A stretch of 59,477 nucleotides of DNA, filler included, from Dimargaris cristalligena (taxonomy: Eukaryota): NCBI GenBank assembly GCA_003614675.1. It is 7 parts of 7 records of this genome, joined end to end, with 100 filler letters (N's around TTAATTAATTAA, not from the genome) between each part and the next. Parts side by side here need not be neighbours in the genome. Positions count along the whole stretch, not along the records: positions 51,107 to 59,477 come from ML003335.1; 6 more parts are not named here. One strand, given 5' to 3'. Every line of letters begins with the position of its first letter. Position 1 is the stretch's first letter. This document shows positions 57,576 to 59,477 of this stretch, piece by piece. The notes under the pieces were generated by a model that was not told where the DNA came from, made no database searches, and was given only the letters and a program-made list of their open reading frames with translations. Made by a program: the position numbers and the translations under genes.

Positions 57576-58969
57576 ATGAGTGTGTTCAAAACGGTCGGCC
57601 TTGTCCCGGCATTACTCTCCCTAGCCTACATTTCTGACGCGAATAATCTCGAAAACGATCTAGTCGACTCTACGTTATTTTTGAGTGTCCCTCAGCGTAG
57701 CGTTGGCGACACATCTACAAGTGCGATCACAGGACTGCGCATCACATGCCCCCCGTTTTCCGGGATCTTCGACCGTATTAGTCAACTCGATGTAAATTAA
57801 TTAGGGCAATTCATTGACCAACTCGAGCATGTCACCGGCGATAGTGATGCCACGGGGCTACTCCCGCTAGAAAATTTTCTTGGCCCCAACTACCTCGGTA
57901 TCCAATCCCACATCGGCGAGATATCTTCCTTATAATGATGGTGGCACGTTTGGAATGATTGGCGTCAGTAGCAGTAGCAGTAGCAATAGTTCCGATTTGG
58001 ACCTGATTTTGCTCAACGATCCGTCTGGTATGGTTTGGGATCCTGCTGCTGCAAATATATTGACATCCGGCGGCAGTCCATTCCACCCACATGTAATGGA
58101 ATCAGTGCAATTAGATCCCGGTCACCGTTGTCCCGAACAACCCAAGCCCACGGGACCCGCTCATCGCGATGTGCACTCGACACTGGACAGACACAAGAAA
58201 CTCTGCGCCTGTAATTGTTGCGAAAAGTCATTCATGTCCTGGCATGGTCTCAGCTATCATTTGAAATCACAATCAAAAGTGAAGCCTCATATCTGTGATA
58301 TTTGTGGTAAAGCATTTACGTTGGCCACTCGACTCACCATACATAGGCGTATACATTCCGAGGAGAAGCCGCATACGTGTGAGGTTTGCGGGAAATCGTT
58401 TTTATTAGCCCATTATCTCAAAAGACACGAGCAAATACACGCCGGCGAGAAAAACTTTCCATGCGAGAACTGCGGTAGGTCATTTATTTCAGATATCCGT
58501 CTCAAGAATCATATGCGATCACATACTGGGGAGAAGCCTTTTGTATGCAATGTTTGTGGGAAGTTATTATCGTTTAGCCATACTCTCAAGGATCATATTC
58601 GAAGACACGCTGCGGAGAAGCCTTTTACCTGCGGGACTTGTGGTAAATCAGTTGCATATCCCCGCCATCTCGAGAGACATGCGAACCCACACCGGGGAAA
58701 AACCTTATACCTGCAGGACTTGTGGCAATTCGGATTCATCAGCCATACAATTAGGATCGTACATGGGGGCCCACACCGAGGAGGAACCCTTCACCTGCAA
58801 CATTTGTGGAAGGCCATATGCATCAGCCGCCCAAGTCCATAGGCATATACGGACACACCCTGAGGAGAAGCTGTTCACTTGCGATTGCTGTGGCTATTCA
58901 TTTGCACAGGCTGGGGGCTTTACCGAACATTTGCGAACAACAATTTGTGGGGGTTCCCCTATTAGTTGA
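57576..58969 (+). pseudogene. Tandem C2H2 (Kruppel-linker) zinc-finger array, 9 fingers, frameshift at ~58680; putative exon 1 57576-57791
   Basis: CxxC-x12-HxxxH repeats with SEEKP/AGEKN/TGEKP/AAEKP linkers in ORF 57880, continuing in ORF 58541 (MRTHTGEKPYTC...). GAGAGACATGCGAACC lacks 2 nt relative to CAT ATG. GTAAAT (57792) to CGCTAG (57870) would splice the upstream ORF in frame. ZF array is certain; exon 1 is tentative. Confidence 0.75.
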
Positions 58970-59477
58970 AAAAGTTAATAGTGTTGATAATCTCTCTTAT
59001 CCTAAATGTTGAACCTTCGTGTTGTTTTGTCATACAAATAATGACATTTAGTTTAATAAAGGGTATCTAATAATAATCATAGCTGGTGCTTATCGTGATG
59101 GCTAACCACTATTAGTCCACACATATTGGCTTCTATTGGGTATGGTGCTGATTGTACTCCCAACCAACACATCACTTGAGAAATTTAGGGAGTTTTAATA
59201 ATAGGGCCAGATGCACACTTACAATTAAAAAGTGAGAATACAAGGGTGGATTTGGTAAGTGAGGGGGTAATATAATTCAGGAAACTAATAGTGTGGAATG
59301 TTGTGCAGCGATGGGAAAAACTTGACGAAATAAATAAATAAAAAGTCCCGATAGCTATAGAGTGGCGAAAAATACTTAGACACTAGTAAATAATAATCAA
59401 TAGTCGAAAATAGGCAGAGAATTGTAGACTATAAGTCGATACAATTCTATACTAAGTAAACAAGTATAAAATCAAGA

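Noticed and set aside
57880..58969. Nine-finger protein as TFIIIA
   Set aside because: All fingers are CxxC with Kruppel-type linkers and several are degenerate, unlike the conserved, essential TFIIIA.

Overview
Eukaryotic, fungal DNA: GC-rich, intron-poor coding regions with GT-AG introns. An early-diverging lineage such as a Dimargaris-like Zoopagomycota fungus is my inference from gene content, not something the sequence proves. The window is not one locus. It is seven ~8.4 kb contigs joined in descending length order by artificial 100-bp N44-TTAATTAATTAA-N44 spacers, so no synteny should be read across the gaps. Contig 1: LTR remnant, mitochondrial EF-Tu (one intron), DCP2, partial membrane-anchored spermidine-synthase-like methyltransferase. 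Contig 2: Zn2Cys6 transcription factor. Contig 3: nest of dead retroelements (DIRS-type RT/RNaseH/MT-like pol, a near full-length Ty1/copia element, two further LTR insertions), heavily C>T/G>A mutated. Contig 4: RNA Pol I subunit RPA135 and 5' part of MED14. Contig 5: intronless NRPS fragment (C-A-T-E-C-A-T-E) with an in-frame TAG. Contig 6: stop-riddled signal-peptide + F-box gene, a GST and an LTR. Contig 7: 3' end of biotin-protein ligase, an AA11 LPMO and a frameshifted 9-finger C2H2 array that may carry a signal peptide. The strongest leads are (i) a RIP-like transition-mutation signature restricted to transposons and accessory genes and (ii) two candidate secreted effectors carrying intracellular domains (F-box, Kruppel-type zinc fingers).
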